Source of the DNA: Nitrospirota bacterium
Lineage (GTDB): Bacteria; Nitrospirota; UBA9217
Length of the DNA stretch: 64,000 bases
Direction of reading: 5' to 3'
Assembly (NCBI GenBank): GCA_963754875.1
Contig: CAVWHO010000010.1
Coordinates: forward strand, 64,001 to 128,000
Part shown: piece after piece, positions 21,144-32,183 of the stretch
Layout of the letters: every line of letters begins with the position of its first letter
Position numbering within the stretch: position 1 is the first letter of the stretch
Position numbers and translations under genes: made by a program
The notes under the pieces: model-generated
The model's database searches: none
Told to the model about the DNA's origin: nothing
Seen by the model: the letters and a program-made list of their open reading frames with translations, nothing else

Positions 21144-22097
21144 TGATCCTGGCAGGGATCGACATCGGTACCAATACCCTTCGACTGCTCATTGCTGATA
21201 CTGGCCCCGGTTCCTTTCGAGAGCTGATTTCTGACAGGAAAATAACACGTCTTGGACAGGACCTTGATCGGTACGGCGTATTATCTTCTGAAGCCATGGA
21301 GCGGTCCTTTAAGGCGCTCGTTGCGTTTCAAAACATCATCCGGCAGCAGGGAGCGCGTTATACCGCTGCAATCGGCACGAGCGCACTGAGAAGGGCGGGA
21401 AACTCATCTGTCTTTGTCGATCGAGTACGGAATCAGACGGGACTGGTTGTTCGTGTCGTCAGCGGCGAAGAAGAGGCACGGCTCACACTGCTGGGGGTAG
21501 AACAGTCGCTCGGGGCGCCGAACGGAATGCGCAGCACCGCTCTCGAGGCTGCGTTCGTCGTGGACATCGGAGGCGGCAGCACAGAGATCATCGTTACCCA
21601 TCCGGACAGAATGCCTGTAATTGCGAGCTTACCGCTCGGAGCCGTATTTCTTACCGATCGGTTCATAAAGCACGATCCTCCTTCACCTGAGGATCTGGCC
21701 CGTCTCAGACATTCCGTCTGTGAAGAGCTTGATGCCGGTGCAGGAAGGTTTCAGCCTGCCGTGAACAGTATTTGTATCGGCACTGCCGGTACTATTACGA
21801 CACTGGCTGCGATTGACCAGGGACTTGCGCACTATGATCCCGCAAAAATCAATCAATCAGTACTGACCCGTGAGTTCATCAACGCTGTCGTTCAGAAACT
21901 GGGGGCATCGACGCTTGAAGAGCGAAAGAAAATTCGTCGGACTGGAAGCGGGCAGGGAAGATATCATTCTTGCCGGGTCGATCGTAATTCAAGAGATCAT
22001 GCACCGCTTCGATTTCGACTCCCTGATCGTAAGTGACTGGGGTTTGCGGGAGGGTATCGTTATCGACTTGTTCGAAAGACTGCATAAACGCCATTAA
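21143..22097 (+). CDS. ppx: Ppx/GppA exopolyphosphatase family, frameshift near 21935
   Basis: IDIGTNT, TSALR, GEEEARL, DIGGGSTE; C-terminal GREDIILAG...GLREG in shifted frame. Confidence 0.88.
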
Positions 22098-22238
22098 TTG
22101 CAAACACGCAGAGAGCTATGCAGACTCATAATACAGTAACTTAGCGAGGGTATCACCGCATGCTCATCGAAAAGATCACAGAAGTCACTTGTCTCCCGCA
22201 GGGTGCGTTGCGGGATGCAGGAGAAGAGGTTTTACAAC

Positions 22239-23634
22239 ATGCAGGAAGCCCGCATATTGATCATGGACGACGAGGAACAGGAGCGCCGCAGGATTGAAGC
22301 GCACCTGGTAAAGCAAGGGTACGATGTGGTTGGTGTCGCCACAGTACCCGAGGCCGTCGAGGCGATTAGGCGCGACCGTTTCGAGGTATTCCTGACCGAC
22401 TGCAATATCCCCGGCGTTGACGCGCTCAAAACGTCCGACGAAGTGCGCAGAATAAACCCAGACCTGGCAGTGATCATCATGACCGCTTTCGGAACCATCG
22501 AGACCGCAGTGAAGGCCATTAAAGCCGGCGCTTACGATTATCTTCCGAAACCGCTGGACCTTGACCAACTCGTTGTCCTCATCGGCCGAATATCGGAACG
22601 GCAGAACCTGATCCGTGAGAACTCAGAGCTTAAAGAGCGCTTGCGGGAACGCTACAAGTTCGACGAGATCGTGAGCACCAGCAGTGCAATGGAAGAGGTA
22701 CTGAATCTTGCCGGCAGGGTAGCCGGAAGCAATGCCACCGTACTTATTCGAGGAAAGAGCGGTACCGGCAAGGAATTGCTCGCCAAGGCGATTCATTATC
22801 ACAGCCTCCGGGCAAATTTCCCGCTGATCAAGGTGAATTGCGCCGCTTTGCCGGAAACACTCCTCGAAAGCGAACTTTTTGGCCACGAGAAAGGAGCCTT
22901 TACCGGTGCGACTGTACGCAGGATCGGAAGGTTCGAAGCAGCGGACAAGGGGACCCTGTTCCTCGACGAGATCGGCGAACTGACGCCGGGGATGCAGGTG
23001 AAACTTCTCCGTGTGCTTCAGGAACACGAATTCGAACGCGTCGGCGGCAACCAGACCATCAAGACGGACGTCCGGCTGATCGCCGCTACGAACAAGGACA
23101 TCGAAAAAGCGATCAGGGAAGGTTCGTTCAGGGAAGATCTTTACTACCGGTTGAATGTCGTGTCCGTCGTGATTCCTCCGCTTCATGAGACGAAAAGAAG
23201 ACATCCCGGGGCTGATGGATTTTTTTATTAAAAAGTACGGAGAGGAGAACAGGAAACATATTACCGGCATGTCGGCCGATGCGCGGGACCTGCTGATGCG
23301 CTATAACTATCCCGGCAATGTTCGCGAACTGGAAAATATCATCGAACGGGCCGTGGTCCTGGCAAAAAAGGGACTCATCACGGCTCAAGACCTCCCGATC
23401 CACGTCCAGGCAGTCATGGAAGAAGGAAGAGCTCCACTTGCTAACCTGAAAGGCTCGTTGCATGAAACACTTAACACCGTGGAACGCGGCCTTATTCTCG
23501 ACGCGTTGAAAGAAACAGGTGGTGTCCAGACGCGGGCCGCAGAGCGGCTCGGTATTAGCGAGCGCGTGCTGAGGTATAAATTAAAGAAGTACAGTATAAA
23601 GGATGAGGGAGGGCATGCCGGTACAAAAACCTGA
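22239..23634 (+). CDS. Sigma54-dependent response regulator, frameshift near 23189
   Basis: Receiver, [23 protein letters not shown] and HTH in ORF 23185-23634. Confidence 0.9.
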
Positions 23635-23853
23635 CGTTCTTTGCACCGTCATGCCATGCGGGAGATGGTGTCCTCTGTTTGCGAGACGGTATGATCCGCC
23701 GGACGACTCGCGGGAGGCTTTGCCTGCTAGGGAGGATTCCCGTGTTCGACGGTGGGGGCTTGACTTGTTGGTATGCGAACCGAAAGAGATTTCAAAATAC
23801 TGTTCAACCCGGTTTATATTCCGCGTTGCAGCGGCTGGTCCAGATTATCGGTA

Positions 23854-24180
23854 TTATCTATGGCAACGAGTGCAGTTTTTTGGGTCCTTGACGTCGAAAC
23901 CTTTCTGACCGTTGTGGCACTTCCCGCAGAAGTCCCCCTTGGTAATTTTGCTCATGTCCATTTTGTATGATCCCTGGGCCATCTGGAATATCTGGTAATG
24001 ACATCCTGTGCATTTCAGGCCCTGTCCGTTAACATGCTTGTCATGGCTGAATACGACCGGTGAGGCATTTTGGGGCGTGAAGGTCAAGTCTCCACCGCCG
24101 ACCTTTTGTCCAAAAACGCTGAAGGGAATCGTCAGACAGACAGCCACGATCAATGCAATAATCAACCTCTTGCTTTTCAT
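23854..24180 (-). CDS. Periplasmic triheme cytochrome c7-type protein
   Basis: Signal peptide; VVFSHDKH; three CxxCH (CTGCH, CGKCH, CTRCH). Confidence 0.88.
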   Translation of the reverse strand: MKSKRLIIALIVAVCLTIPFSVFGQKVGGGDLTFTPQNASPVVFSHDKHVNGQGLKCTGCHYQIFQMAQGSYKMDMSKITKGDFCGKCHNGQKGFDVKDPKNCTRCHR

Positions 24181-24241
24181 TTAATTCTTCCTCCCCCTTG
24201 AGATGCGTTCACAGAATACAACAGTTTGCAAAATTTTGTGC

Positions 24242-24270
24242 ATTATAGCAAGACACTATGCATTGTTCAA
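24242..24270 (-). promoter_or_regulatory. Sigma70-type promoter of the c7 cytochrome gene
   Basis: Minus strand TTGAAC-17 bp-TATAAT with extended -10 TG, about 60 bp upstream of ATG. Confidence 0.6.
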
Positions 24271-24385
24271 GTACTTTCTCTCGAACAACTCGTTACCGGG
24301 CTCCCCATTTGTCCCGTCCCCTAGAGGAAATCTGTTATAATAAAATCATACGATTTCGCTATCTTAGCGTTAAGAAGGGGAAAAA

Positions 24386-25147
24386 ATGCTATCCGATCTC
24401 TCATTGGCAGCAATACGGAAAATTACTGGGGAGCTCAAAAAACCGGTCAGATTTATCATATTCACGACTGATTTTGGTTGCGAGTCCTGCCCCGATATGG
24501 TGGAACTTGGCATGGCGATCAAGAAACACTGGGGCAAAATCGCCCTCGAAACGTACGATGTGGTCATGGACAGAGACAAAGCGCAGCTCTACGGCATCAA
24601 GCTGACCCCAACTATCATCGTCCAGAGCGGGGATGGTCAGTGGGCGGCGTTTGCCGGGTACCTTGAGGACACTATCCTTGAAGTGCTGCTATCAACTATC
24701 ATGGCGCTTTCAGGGGGGAAAGTATGGTTCCCGGAAAATATCATACGCGCCCTCGGTCATCTATCTCATGACGTGAAGATACGCGTGTTCGTGGAAAGCG
24801 ACTGTACGCAATGCCGCCCTGTTGCTGAAACGGCAATCGGGCTTGCCCTCACGAGCAGTTTTATCTCTGCGGAGATTGTTGTTGCAAGCGAATATCCGGA
24901 CCTCGTAAAAAAGTTCAGCATTGCCACGCTGCCGCTGACGATCTTCGGAGAGAACCTTCAAATGAGTGGTCATGTTACAGAGGGACAGTTTATCGAGATG
25001 ATCTTTCAGGCAGAGGGAATCAAACCGGGGCCGGACAAGCGGTGCCTAATCTGCGGCAATTCCTCCCCCGATGTAATCTGCGCTTCATGTAAGACCAAGA
25101 TCGAAGCTGAGGCAAGGGACCACAAGCTGAAAAGCGAAAAAAAATGA
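24386..25147 (+). CDS. Double thioredoxin-fold protein disulfide oxidoreductase (PDO/AhpF-N-like) with C-terminal Cys4 tail
   Basis: CESC and CTQC in two Trx-like units; CLIC...CASC near the C-terminus. Confidence 0.75.
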   Translation: MLSDLSLAAIRKITGELKKPVRFIIFTTDFGCESCPDMVELGMAIKKHWGKIALETYDVVMDRDKAQLYGIKLTPTIIVQSGDGQWAAFAGYLEDTILEVLLSTIMALSGGKVWFPENIIRALGHLSHDVKIRVFVESDCTQCRPVAETAIGLALTSSFISAEIVVASEYPDLVKKFSIATLPLTIFGENLQMSGHVTEGQFIEMIFQAEGIKPGPDKRCLICGNSSPDVICASCKTKIEAEARDHKLKSEKK

Positions 25148-25277
25148 GGCACTCAGAATCGTTCTAAACGCCCGTGAAGAACCACGGTTCTCTTTTCGAT
25201 GAGGCCTCCGACAGCCTGTTTGGTCGTCGAAGAGATTCTGTCCTTTATTCTCAGGTTGCTGACAAGGAGATGTCATC

Positions 25278-26288
25278 GTGAAGCAGGCAATGTTTCAGGA
25301 ACCAAGGGAAGACAAGAAAGTGCGGTGCAGCCTCTGCAGCCACCGCTGCCTGATCGCATCGGGCAAACGCGGCATTTGCGCCGTGCGCGAGAACCGCGAC
25401 GGCGTGCTGTATAGCCTCGTCTACGATAAAGTGATAGCGCAAAATATCGATCCCATCGAGAAAAAGCCCCTCTTCCATTTCCTGCCGGGCAGCCGTTCCT
25501 TTTCCATCGCAACACCGGGCTGCAATTTTCACTGCAAACACTGCCAGAACGCCGACATTTCACAGCTCCCCCATGACCACGGAGGCGTCATCGTAGGTGA
25601 TAATATTCCGCCCGCCGCGATCGTAGAGTCAGCCCAAACACAGCGTTGCAAGAGCATTTCCTACACCTACACCGAGCCGACGATCTATTTCGAATTGGCC
25701 TATGATACAGCGCGACTCGCTGCCGAAGCCGGCCTCAAGAACGTGTTCGTTACGAACGGCTATATAACGCCCGAAGCTCTGAACGTGATCCGGCCTTATC
25801 TCCATGCCGCAAACATTGACCTCAAAGGATTCAGCGACGAATTCTATAAGCATATCTGCGGTGCGCGGCTCCAACCAGTACTGGACGCCATCAGACTCTA
25901 CAAAGAACTCGGTATCTGGATCGAGATCACAACACTGGTTATTCCCGGTCATAACGATTCAGACGAGCAACTGACCTCAATCGCGCAGTTCATCAAATCG
26001 GTGGGCGAGGATATCCCGTGGCATGTGTCCAGATTCTATCCCACGTACAAGCTTGTTGACCAGCCCGTTACACCGCTGGCTACGCTCACACGTGCACGTC
26101 AGATCGGCATCGACGCCGGACTCTTGCATGTTTACGAAGGCAATGTCCCCGGACAGGGTGAAGACACTATCTGTCCCGGTTGTAAACAGACGGTCGTGAA
26201 ACGTATCGGATTTACGGTGCAGGAAAACCAAATTATCGACGGCAAGTGTAAACAGTGCAAGACGAAGATCGCCGGAGTGTGGGAATAA
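25278..26288 (+). CDS. amrS: AmmeMemoRadiSam system radical SAM enzyme
   Basis: CSLCSHRC, DPIEKKPLFHF, GCNFHCKHCQN, YTYTEP, VYEGN. Confidence 0.92.
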   Translation: MKQAMFQEPREDKKVRCSLCSHRCLIASGKRGICAVRENRDGVLYSLVYDKVIAQNIDPIEKKPLFHFLPGSRSFSIATPGCNFHCKHCQNADISQLPHDHGGVIVGDNIPPAAIVESAQTQRCKSISYTYTEPTIYFELAYDTARLAAEAGLKNVFVTNGYITPEALNVIRPYLHAANIDLKGFSDEFYKHICGARLQPVLDAIRLYKELGIWIEITTLVIPGHNDSDEQLTSIAQFIKSVGEDIPWHVSRFYPTYKLVDQPVTPLATLTRARQIGIDAGLLHVYEGNVPGQGEDTICPGCKQTVVKRIGFTVQENQIIDGKCKQCKTKIAGVWE

Positions 26289-26374
26289 GGCCGGGAAAAC
26301 GGGAGGCAAGTGTTAGGAAGCCAGGGGCGACCTCCGTGACAGGCCTGAACAATGGTAAAGCACGAGGAATAATT

Positions 26375-26791
26375 TTGGCATTACGGCACGAGACATTCGA
26401 ACATGAGGCCGACATCGGCATACGCGGGTTCGGCAGCAATATAGAAGAAGCCTTTGAGGCTGCGGCCATGGCGATGTATTCAGTGATGGTAAAGATTGAA
26501 GCAATAAAGCCGCTGGAACAGAAGAACGTTACGGCCTCGGCACCCGATCGAGAACTCCTGCTGGTGGAATGGTTGAATGCGCTATTGTCCTTGACGGATA
26601 TGGAACGCATGGTTTTTTCAAAGTTTGCAGTGAGGATTGAGGGGTCTTCGCTTACGGGCACGGCATGGGGTGAAAGACTGGACCGGGTTCGACACGAACC
26701 GAATGTGGAAGTGAAAGGCGCTACGTACCATATGCTGAAGGTCGGTAAAGACGACGACAGGTACGTGGCCCAGTGCGTGGTCGATGTCTAA
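26375..26791 (+). CDS. Archease
   Basis: EHEADIG N-terminus, EVKGATYH, C-terminal VVDV; TTG start after GAGGA. Confidence 0.92.
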   Translation: MALRHETFEHEADIGIRGFGSNIEEAFEAAAMAMYSVMVKIEAIKPLEQKNVTASAPDRELLLVEWLNALLSLTDMERMVFSKFAVRIEGSSLTGTAWGERLDRVRHEPNVEVKGATYHMLKVGKDDDRYVAQCVVDV

Positions 26792-26863
26792 CAGTGCGAA
26801 TTTCAGAATGCAGAATAAATAAGGCAAGGCCTGTCTCGTACTGCAGCACCGGAAGGGCGAGAA

Positions 26864-28296
26864 TTGGATCTCAAATCCCTGCATAAAATCAGCGATTTTC
26901 TCTGGGAAATCCCACAGCACGGAGAGATGCGGTCCCCGGCAGGATCTTTGCCAGCGAGAAACTCATCCAGGAGATGGACGAGAAGGTCAGGGAGCAGGTG
27001 ACGAACGTTGCCATGCTGCCGGGCATTCAGGTCGCCTCGATCGCGATGCCCGATGCACATTGGGGCTACGGTTTTCCCATAGGCGGGGTCGCTGCGTTTG
27101 ATCCCGACGAGGGCGGAATCATATCCATGGGAGGCGTGGGCTTCGATATTTCCTGCGGCGTGCGCACGATGAAGACGGGCATGACCCGCGATGAGGTAAT
27201 GCCCCGTCTCAAGACGCTCGTTGACCAGTTCTTCAACCGCGTGCCTGCAGGTGTAGGGTCGGAAGGGCTCATCAAGCTCTCTCCCGGCCAGATCGATGAA
27301 ATGCTTTTGGGCGGCGCGGTCTGGGCAATCAAGAAAGGCTACGGCATCAAGGATGACCTCGACTATATGGAAGAACACGGACGCGTGGACGGCGCAGAGC
27401 CGGAGCATGTCTCCGACACGGCCAAGAAACGGCAGTACCGCGAGATGGGTACGCTCGGTTCGGGCAACCATTATCTCGAAGTGCAGGTGGTCTCGGAGGT
27501 GTACGATGAACAGGCCGCGCATGGCCATGGGCTTACGAAAGGATGACGTCGTGATCACGGTCCACTGCGGATCGCGCGGCCTCGGTCACCAGGTCGGGAC
27601 CGATTATTTAAAGAGTCTTGCCAACGCAGCGCAGCGGTTTAAACTGCCTATCAGGGACCGGGAACTCGCTTCGGCGCCCATAGAATCACCGGAAGGCAAG
27701 AAGTACTTCGGCGCCATGAGCGCCGGCATCAACTGCGCGCTTGCGAACCGCCAGATCATCACCCATCTGGTGAGGGAAATCTTCACCGAGGTCTTTCCCG
27801 AAGGGTACATCAAGATGCTCTACGACATCAGCCACAACACCTGTAAAGTCGAGACGCATACGATCAACGGCAAGAAGAAAACAGTGTATGTTCATCGCAA
27901 AGGCGCCACGCGGGCCTTCGGTCCGGGCCAGATCGATCTTCCCGCAGGAATACCGGCATGTTGGTCAGCCCGTACTCATTGGCGGGACTATGGGCACGTC
28001 ATCCTATATCCTCGTCGGAACGGAGGCAGGTATGCAGAACGCCTTCGGGTCTGCCTGCCACGGCGCGGGAAGGGCCATGTCACGGACTCAGGCGAAAAAG
28101 AAGTGGCACGGCAGAGACGTCATTCCGACTACTCGAAGAGCAAGGTGTCATGATCCGAGGTCATTCGTATTCCGGTATCGCAGAGGAGGCGCCCGACTCC
28201 TATAAAGACGTGTCAGAGGTCGTCGAAGCAGCGCACCAGGCAGGCCTCGCACGCAAGGTCGTCAGGGTAAAACCGATTGCCTGTGTCAAGGGGTAG
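26864..28296 (+). CDS. rtcB: RtcB RNA ligase, about four single-base indels (near 26932, 27520, 27941, 28125)
   Basis: [59 protein letters not shown] spread over successive frames. Confidence 0.92.
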
Positions 28297-28416
28297 AGGT
28301 TTCTCGTTGCATTCTGCAAGACGACCCATCTCGTTCAACAACCCATCACTGTTCAAGCGAAAGCACTCTTTCTTCCCTCGACAAACTCCGTAAAATACTC
28401 TAATATTGTCCGTGGC

Positions 28417-30870
28417 ATGTCTATGGACGACCTCAAGACCATACTGGACCGGATCAGGAAGCCGCTTGCTTTCGCCGGCAAGGACAACTTTGCACACCTG
28501 CACAGTATTGCTGCTCTGGAGCCTTTCATCCGGACGCAGGTTGAGGAATTGAAGCGCATTGCGAAAGTGCGTCCCGAGATATTGGAAATTGAAAGCCTGT
28601 TTATCGGCTTTGACAATCTTTCGCCCGAGCTGAAGAAAGAGCGCATTATCAGGGCACGTAGGGTGATAGATTCGTTCGAGCAGGATAAGCAAGCACTGCA
28701 TCCCGAAAGCCGTACGCCTTCCGGCAAACCTGTCGTTTCGCCAATTATACCGGAACCGTCCACGACCCTCCGGCTCGATACTCCCATTCAATACTGCAAA
28801 GGCATCGGTCCGAAGAGGGCAGAAATGCTCCGTAAACTCGGCATTTCCACGGTTGAAGACGCCCTGGAATACCTTCCCTGGCGTTACGAAGACCGGGGTC
28901 ATCTCAAGAAGATCGGCAGGATCTCGTACGGATCATACGAGACCGTCACTGGAGAAGTTGTTTCTGCTGAAGTAGTCTCTACCAAACGTCAGCGGGTAAA
29001 GGTATTTGAACTCCTCATCACGGACAAGAGCGGCATGCTGGTCGGTTCCTGGTTCAACCAGCCTTTTATGCTGAAAATGTTCAAAAAAGGCCAGAAGGTG
29101 ATCCTCTCCGGGATTGTCAAATCAAACCCCTATAAAAGCGGCATAGCACAGATCGATAACCCCGATTATGAGATCATGGAGGACAATGAGGCAGATAATC
29201 TTATCCACACAGGCAGGACCGTTCCGATCTACCGGACGACTGCCGGCTTGTCTGTCCGCTATCTCCGAAGCATGATGAAGACCATCCTTGATTCCTGCGG
29301 CGCCACGGTGCCGGAGATGCTGCCTCAGGAAATCGTCAACAAGTATTCTCTTATGCCTGTAACGGATGCTTACTTCGAAGTCCATTTCCCCACTTTCGAG
29401 AAAGACATTTCAGTTTTAAATCGCGGTATGAGCGCGGCCCACCGGAGGTTGAGCTTTGAGGAACTGTTTGTTCTTGAACTGGGGCTTGCCCTCAGAAAAC
29501 GCGGCGTCATAACGGAAAAGAAGGGAATCTCGTTCAAGCCGCTGGACAGCCTCGAAGTCCAACTGAGGAAGAGCCTGCCCTTCAAATTAACGAACGCCCA
29601 GGAACGGGTGCTCGCCGAGATCAAGCGAGACATGACTACTGAGCGGCCCATGAACCGGCTGGTGCAAGGCGATGTAGGGTCCGGCAAGACCGTCGTCGCC
29701 ATGATTGCGTCGCTTCTTGCCGTCGAGAATGCCTATCAGGCCTGCATCATGGCGCCGACCGAGATCCTCGCAGAACAGCATTACAAGAACATGACTGCCA
29801 TGGCGCAACCTCTTGGGATTCTTGTCCGGTCCCTCACCGGCAGCCTCAAAAAAAAGGAAAAAGAAGCTGTGCTCGCGGATATCGAGTCCGGTACAGCGCA
29901 GATCGTCGTCGGCACCCATGCGCTCATCGAAGCGCAGGTGCAGTTCAAGCGGCTCGGTCTTGCCGTGATCGACGAACAGCATCGGTTCGGCGTAATGCAG
30001 CGCTCGACGCTCACGTCCAAGGGGTACGAGCCGGATGTGCTGGTCATGACCGCGACGCCTATTCCGCGCACGCTGGCAATTACGGTCTACGGCGACCTTG
30101 ACGTGTCCGTGATCGACGAGATGCCTGCAGGCAGGAGCCCGGTCATCACCCGGCTTTTTTTCGAAAGTAAGCGGCGCGAGGCGTATGAATTCCTCGAAAG
30201 TGAACTCAAAAAAGGCCGCCAGGTCTACGTGGTCTATCCTCTCGTGGAAGAGACCGAAAAGAGCGATCTCAAGGCCGCCACGGAGATGGCAGCCCATATG
30301 CAGAAAGACATCTTTCCTCACTGGAATATCGGCCTGCTCCACGGGAGGATGAAAGGGGCAGAGAAGGAAGCGGTCATGGCGTCCTTCAATGCCGGAACGA
30401 TCAACATCCTCGTTTCGACCACGGTGATCGAAGTCGGCGTGGACGTACCGAATGCTACCGTCATGGTGATCGAGCACCCCGAGCGTTTCGGCCTGGCCCA
30501 GCTCCACCAGTTGCGCGGACGTGTCGGACGGGGCGCTCACCAGTCGTACTGCATTCTCATGGGGCCGCGAATGTTCGCCGAGGAAGCACGGGAACGCCTC
30601 ATGGCTTTCAGCCGGACGAACGACGGCTTTAAAATCGCCGAGGAGGACCTTCGTCTGCGGGGCCCGGGAGAGTTTTTCGGCACGCGGCAATCCGGCCTTC
30701 CGGACCTGCGTGCTGCAAACCTCATCCGTGACGCCGATTTGCTCGAAAAAGCGAGAACAGAAGCGTTCGCCCTGGTTCTCCGCGATTCGCAGCTTGCTCA
30801 GTATCCCAACCTCCGTGAACTGATGAAAAGGAAGTGGCAGGGAAAACTCGGTCTCATCAACGTAGGTTGA
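28417..30870 (+). CDS. recG: ATP-dependent DNA helicase RecG
   Basis: QGDVGSGKT, DEQHRFG, TATPIPRT, QLRGRVGRG, RGPGEFFG. Confidence 0.97.
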   Translation: MSMDDLKTILDRIRKPLAFAGKDNFAHLHSIAALEPFIRTQVEELKRIAKVRPEILEIESLFIGFDNLSPELKKERIIRARRVIDSFEQDKQALHPESRTPSGKPVVSPIIPEPSTTLRLDTPIQYCKGIGPKRAEMLRKLGISTVEDALEYLPWRYEDRGHLKKIGRISYGSYETVTGEVVSAEVVSTKRQRVKVFELLITDKSGMLVGSWFNQPFMLKMFKKGQKVILSGIVKSNPYKSGIAQIDNPDYEIMEDNEADNLIHTGRTVPIYRTTAGLSVRYLRSMMKTILDSCGATVPEMLPQEIVNKYSLMPVTDAYFEVHFPTFEKDISVLNRGMSAAHRRLSFEELFVLELGLALRKRGVITEKKGISFKPLDSLEVQLRKSLPFKLTNAQERVLAEIKRDMTTERPMNRLVQGDVGSGKTVVAMIASLLAVENAYQACIMAPTEILAEQHYKNMTAMAQPLGILVRSLTGSLKKKEKEAVLADIESGTAQIVVGTHALIEAQVQFKRLGLAVIDEQHRFGVMQRSTLTSKGYEPDVLVMTATPIPRTLAITVYGDLDVSVIDEMPAGRSPVITRLFFESKRREAYEFLESELKKGRQVYVVYPLVEETEKSDLKAATEMAAHMQKDIFPHWNIGLLHGRMKGAEKEAVMASFNAGTINILVSTTVIEVGVDVPNATVMVIEHPERFGLAQLHQLRGRVGRGAHQSYCILMGPRMFAEEARERLMAFSRTNDGFKIAEEDLRLRGPGEFFGTRQSGLPDLRAANLIRDADLLEKARTEAFALVLRDSQLAQYPNLRELMKRKWQGKLGLINVG

Positions 30871-30990
30871 TATTTCCACATTATTCTGATACATTAACTT
30901 CACCGGGCACGAGGCTGGAGGGGGCGGGGCAGGGAAGCAACGGAGCGTTTTTAATTGTAATCCGGCACGGGTCCGTCTCAAGGAGTCATC

Positions 30991-31359
30991 ATGAACATCT
31001 GGGAAAAAGTTGTCCTGAACCTGCAGAAGGGAACGAAGAAGGTAGCTGCGGCTGCCGCGACCTTTGCTGAACGGGTAAGGGCGGAAGTCGCCATCGTGCG
31101 GCTTCGCCTGCGTATAGATGAAGTCAATGCCCGTATCGCCGAGCTGCATCGGACAATCGGCCGCAAGCTCGTGGAACTGCAGAAGAAAGACGCCCTGCCC
31201 AAAACGACCGATCAATTGCTCAAGGATGAGGACATCGTTGCTGCCATTGTCGAGCTTGCCGACCGTGAACAGGAAATCGGGGAGTTGAATAAGCAGATCA
31301 AAAACATTCAGACCGATATTAAAACAACCGTCCGGCACACGGAGGACAGGATCGTATGA
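30991..31359 (+). CDS. Coiled-coil hypothetical protein
   Basis: AAGGAG RBS; heptad-rich; ATGA overlap with pilD. Confidence 0.7.
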   Translation: MNIWEKVVLNLQKGTKKVAAAAATFAERVRAEVAIVRLRLRIDEVNARIAELHRTIGRKLVELQKKDALPKTTDQLLKDEDIVAAIVELADREQEIGELNKQIKNIQTDIKTTVRHTEDRIV

Positions 31360-32183
31360 TAACCCTGGTAACACTCCTTTTCGGTCTTATCGTCGGAAGC
31401 TTCCTGAACGTCTGTATCGTGCGCTTGCCCCGCGGAGGGTCCATCGCGACCCCTCCCTCGCACTGTCCGCGGTGCCGGACCCCGATCAGATTTTATGACA
31501 ATATCCCGATTATCAGCTTTCTTGCCCTCAGGGGAAAATGCAGGAGCTGCGGAGAACCGATTTCGTGGCGCTATCCTTTCGTTGAATTGATGAACGGGCT
31601 GTTCTACGTCTGGATCTTGAACGAGTTCGGACTGAACGGAGAAGCAGGTCTCATGATGGCTTTCTGCTCGTCCCTTATTGTCATAACCTTTATCGATTTT
31701 GACCATCAGATCATCCCTGACGTGATCACGATTCCGGGGATGCTCATCGGGCTGTCGCTCGCCCCGTTCTTCATGTATCCGCTCACCGACCAGTTGCCGT
31801 TCCATCTTAACCGGCTGCTGCCGCATGCGGGACCTTATCTCACTGCGTTCATGAATTCTCTCATCGGGCTCATTCTCGGCGGCGGGCCGCTTTTGGCCAT
31901 CGGCTGGCTTTGGGAGAAACTCAGGCACATCGAGGCAATGGGCGGCGGTGACATCAAACTCATGGGCATGGTCGGGAGCTTCCTGGGCTGGAAGGGCGCA
32001 CTGCTCACGATCATGCTCGGCGCCGTGGCCGGCTCAGTCGTCGGCGTTCTGCTGATCCTTCTGAAACGGCACAAAATGGAGAAGGTCATACCGTTCGGCC
32101 CGTTCCTGGCGCTCGGCGCCGTGGCGGCCGCGTTCTACGGTCCCGATATTGTATCGTGGTACCTCAGTCTGATCCGTATATGA
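31356..32183 (+). CDS. pilD: Type IV prepilin peptidase
   Basis: GSFLNVCI, CPRC...CRSC, FID, MGGGDIKL, IPFGPFL. Confidence 0.95.
   Translation: MITLVTLLFGLIVGSFLNVCIVRLPRGGSIATPPSHCPRCRTPIRFYDNIPIISFLALRGKCRSCGEPISWRYPFVELMNGLFYVWILNEFGLNGEAGLMMAFCSSLIVITFIDFDHQIIPDVITIPGMLIGLSLAPFFMYPLTDQLPFHLNRLLPHAGPYLTAFMNSLIGLILGGGPLLAIGWLWEKLRHIEAMGGGDIKLMGMVGSFLGWKGALLTIMLGAVAGSVVGVLLILLKRHKMEKVIPFGPFLALGAVAAAFYGPDIVSWYLSLIRI

Noticed and set aside
26864..28296. Programmed frameshifting or true pseudogenisation of rtcB and other split genes
   Set aside because: No slippery heptamers, mixed +1/-1 indels, intact motifs and the same pattern in ligA point to sequencing error.
29587..31374. Long antisense ORFs (595 aa here; also 14694-15872, 33414-34835, 39481-40572, 40520-42094)
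   Set aside because: They shadow well-supported plus-strand genes and show no recognisable motifs.
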